64,000 bases of DNA from Lama glama (taxonomy: Eukaryota): NCBI GenBank assembly GCA_028534125.1, contig CM052822.1, positions 63,240,001-63,304,000 on the forward strand, in the 5' to 3' direction. Position numbers and translations under genes: made by a program. The notes beneath the pieces are model-generated. The model saw nothing but the letters and a program-made list of their open reading frames with translations, was not told where the DNA came from and made no database searches. Positions 63,603-64,000 of the stretch are shown here, in pieces (within the stretch, counting starts at the first letter, position 1; each line of letters starts with the position of its first letter).

Positions 63603-64000
63603 TGTGTCAGTTGAAATTACATTTCGCTGCTAGTAGCAGAAACTTGGAATTGCAGTGGCTTAAACGAATGAGGTTTCATTTTCTCTCCTATAACGTGAAG
63701 TTCAAAAATGTGTTGTCTGAGGCCACATGGCAGTTGTGTGATGTCATCAGTGCCCCCAGACCCTCCTGGCTCCTTTATCCTCAGCTTTCTCTTCATCCTC
63801 AAGGTCACCTGGTGTCTGTCTGAAGCAGAGCTACTGCAGCCTCACTTACCATGGCTGCTTTCCAGAAAGGGGGAGACAGAAAAGGTCCCTGCCAACTACG
63901 ACTGCTTGAAAGAACTTTCTCGGAAGCCCACTTCCTGATTCTAACTTTTATCTCCCTGACCACCACATCTGAAAGAGGGGCTGGGAAACTGAGCAGCATT
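63603..64000. mobile_element. Old MLT1 (MaLR) LTR running off the window
   Basis: tgtgtcagtt..gctgctagtagcagaaac..cagtggcttaaac..gaaagaggggctgggaaa. Confidence 0.75.

Noticed and set aside
1-64000. Prokaryote-style systems (CRISPR arrays, operons, defence islands) or a novel multi-gene system
   Set aside because: This is a mammalian intron landscape. There are no regularly spaced repeat-spacer arrays and no long ORFs.

Overview
Mammalian nuclear DNA, most likely camelid: it carries eight copies of a tRNA-derived SINE matching the camelid vic-1 type, plus cetartiodactyl-type young L1 3' ends. The whole window lies inside the large gene EXOC4 (Sec8, exocyst subunit) on the + strand. Only two coding exons are present, 27602-27738 (137 nt) and 44558-44713 (156 nt), and they splice in frame to [98 protein letters not shown]. 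The rest is intron: L1, L2, CR1/L3, MIR, MaLR/ERVL, hAT and Tigger remnants, microsatellites, some repeat-poor enhancer-like tracts and two assembly gaps. Nearly all ORFs in the supplied track are spurious. I found no convincing new multi-gene biological system. The best leads are a probable LF-SINE relic and a SINE insertion beside a branch-point-like motif just upstream of the second exon, a reconstructable ERVL-type provirus fragment, a 15-nt twin-priming inversion in an L1, and a candidate poison microexon. Repeat family names come from my recollection of consensus sequences, and boundaries of old repeats are approximate.
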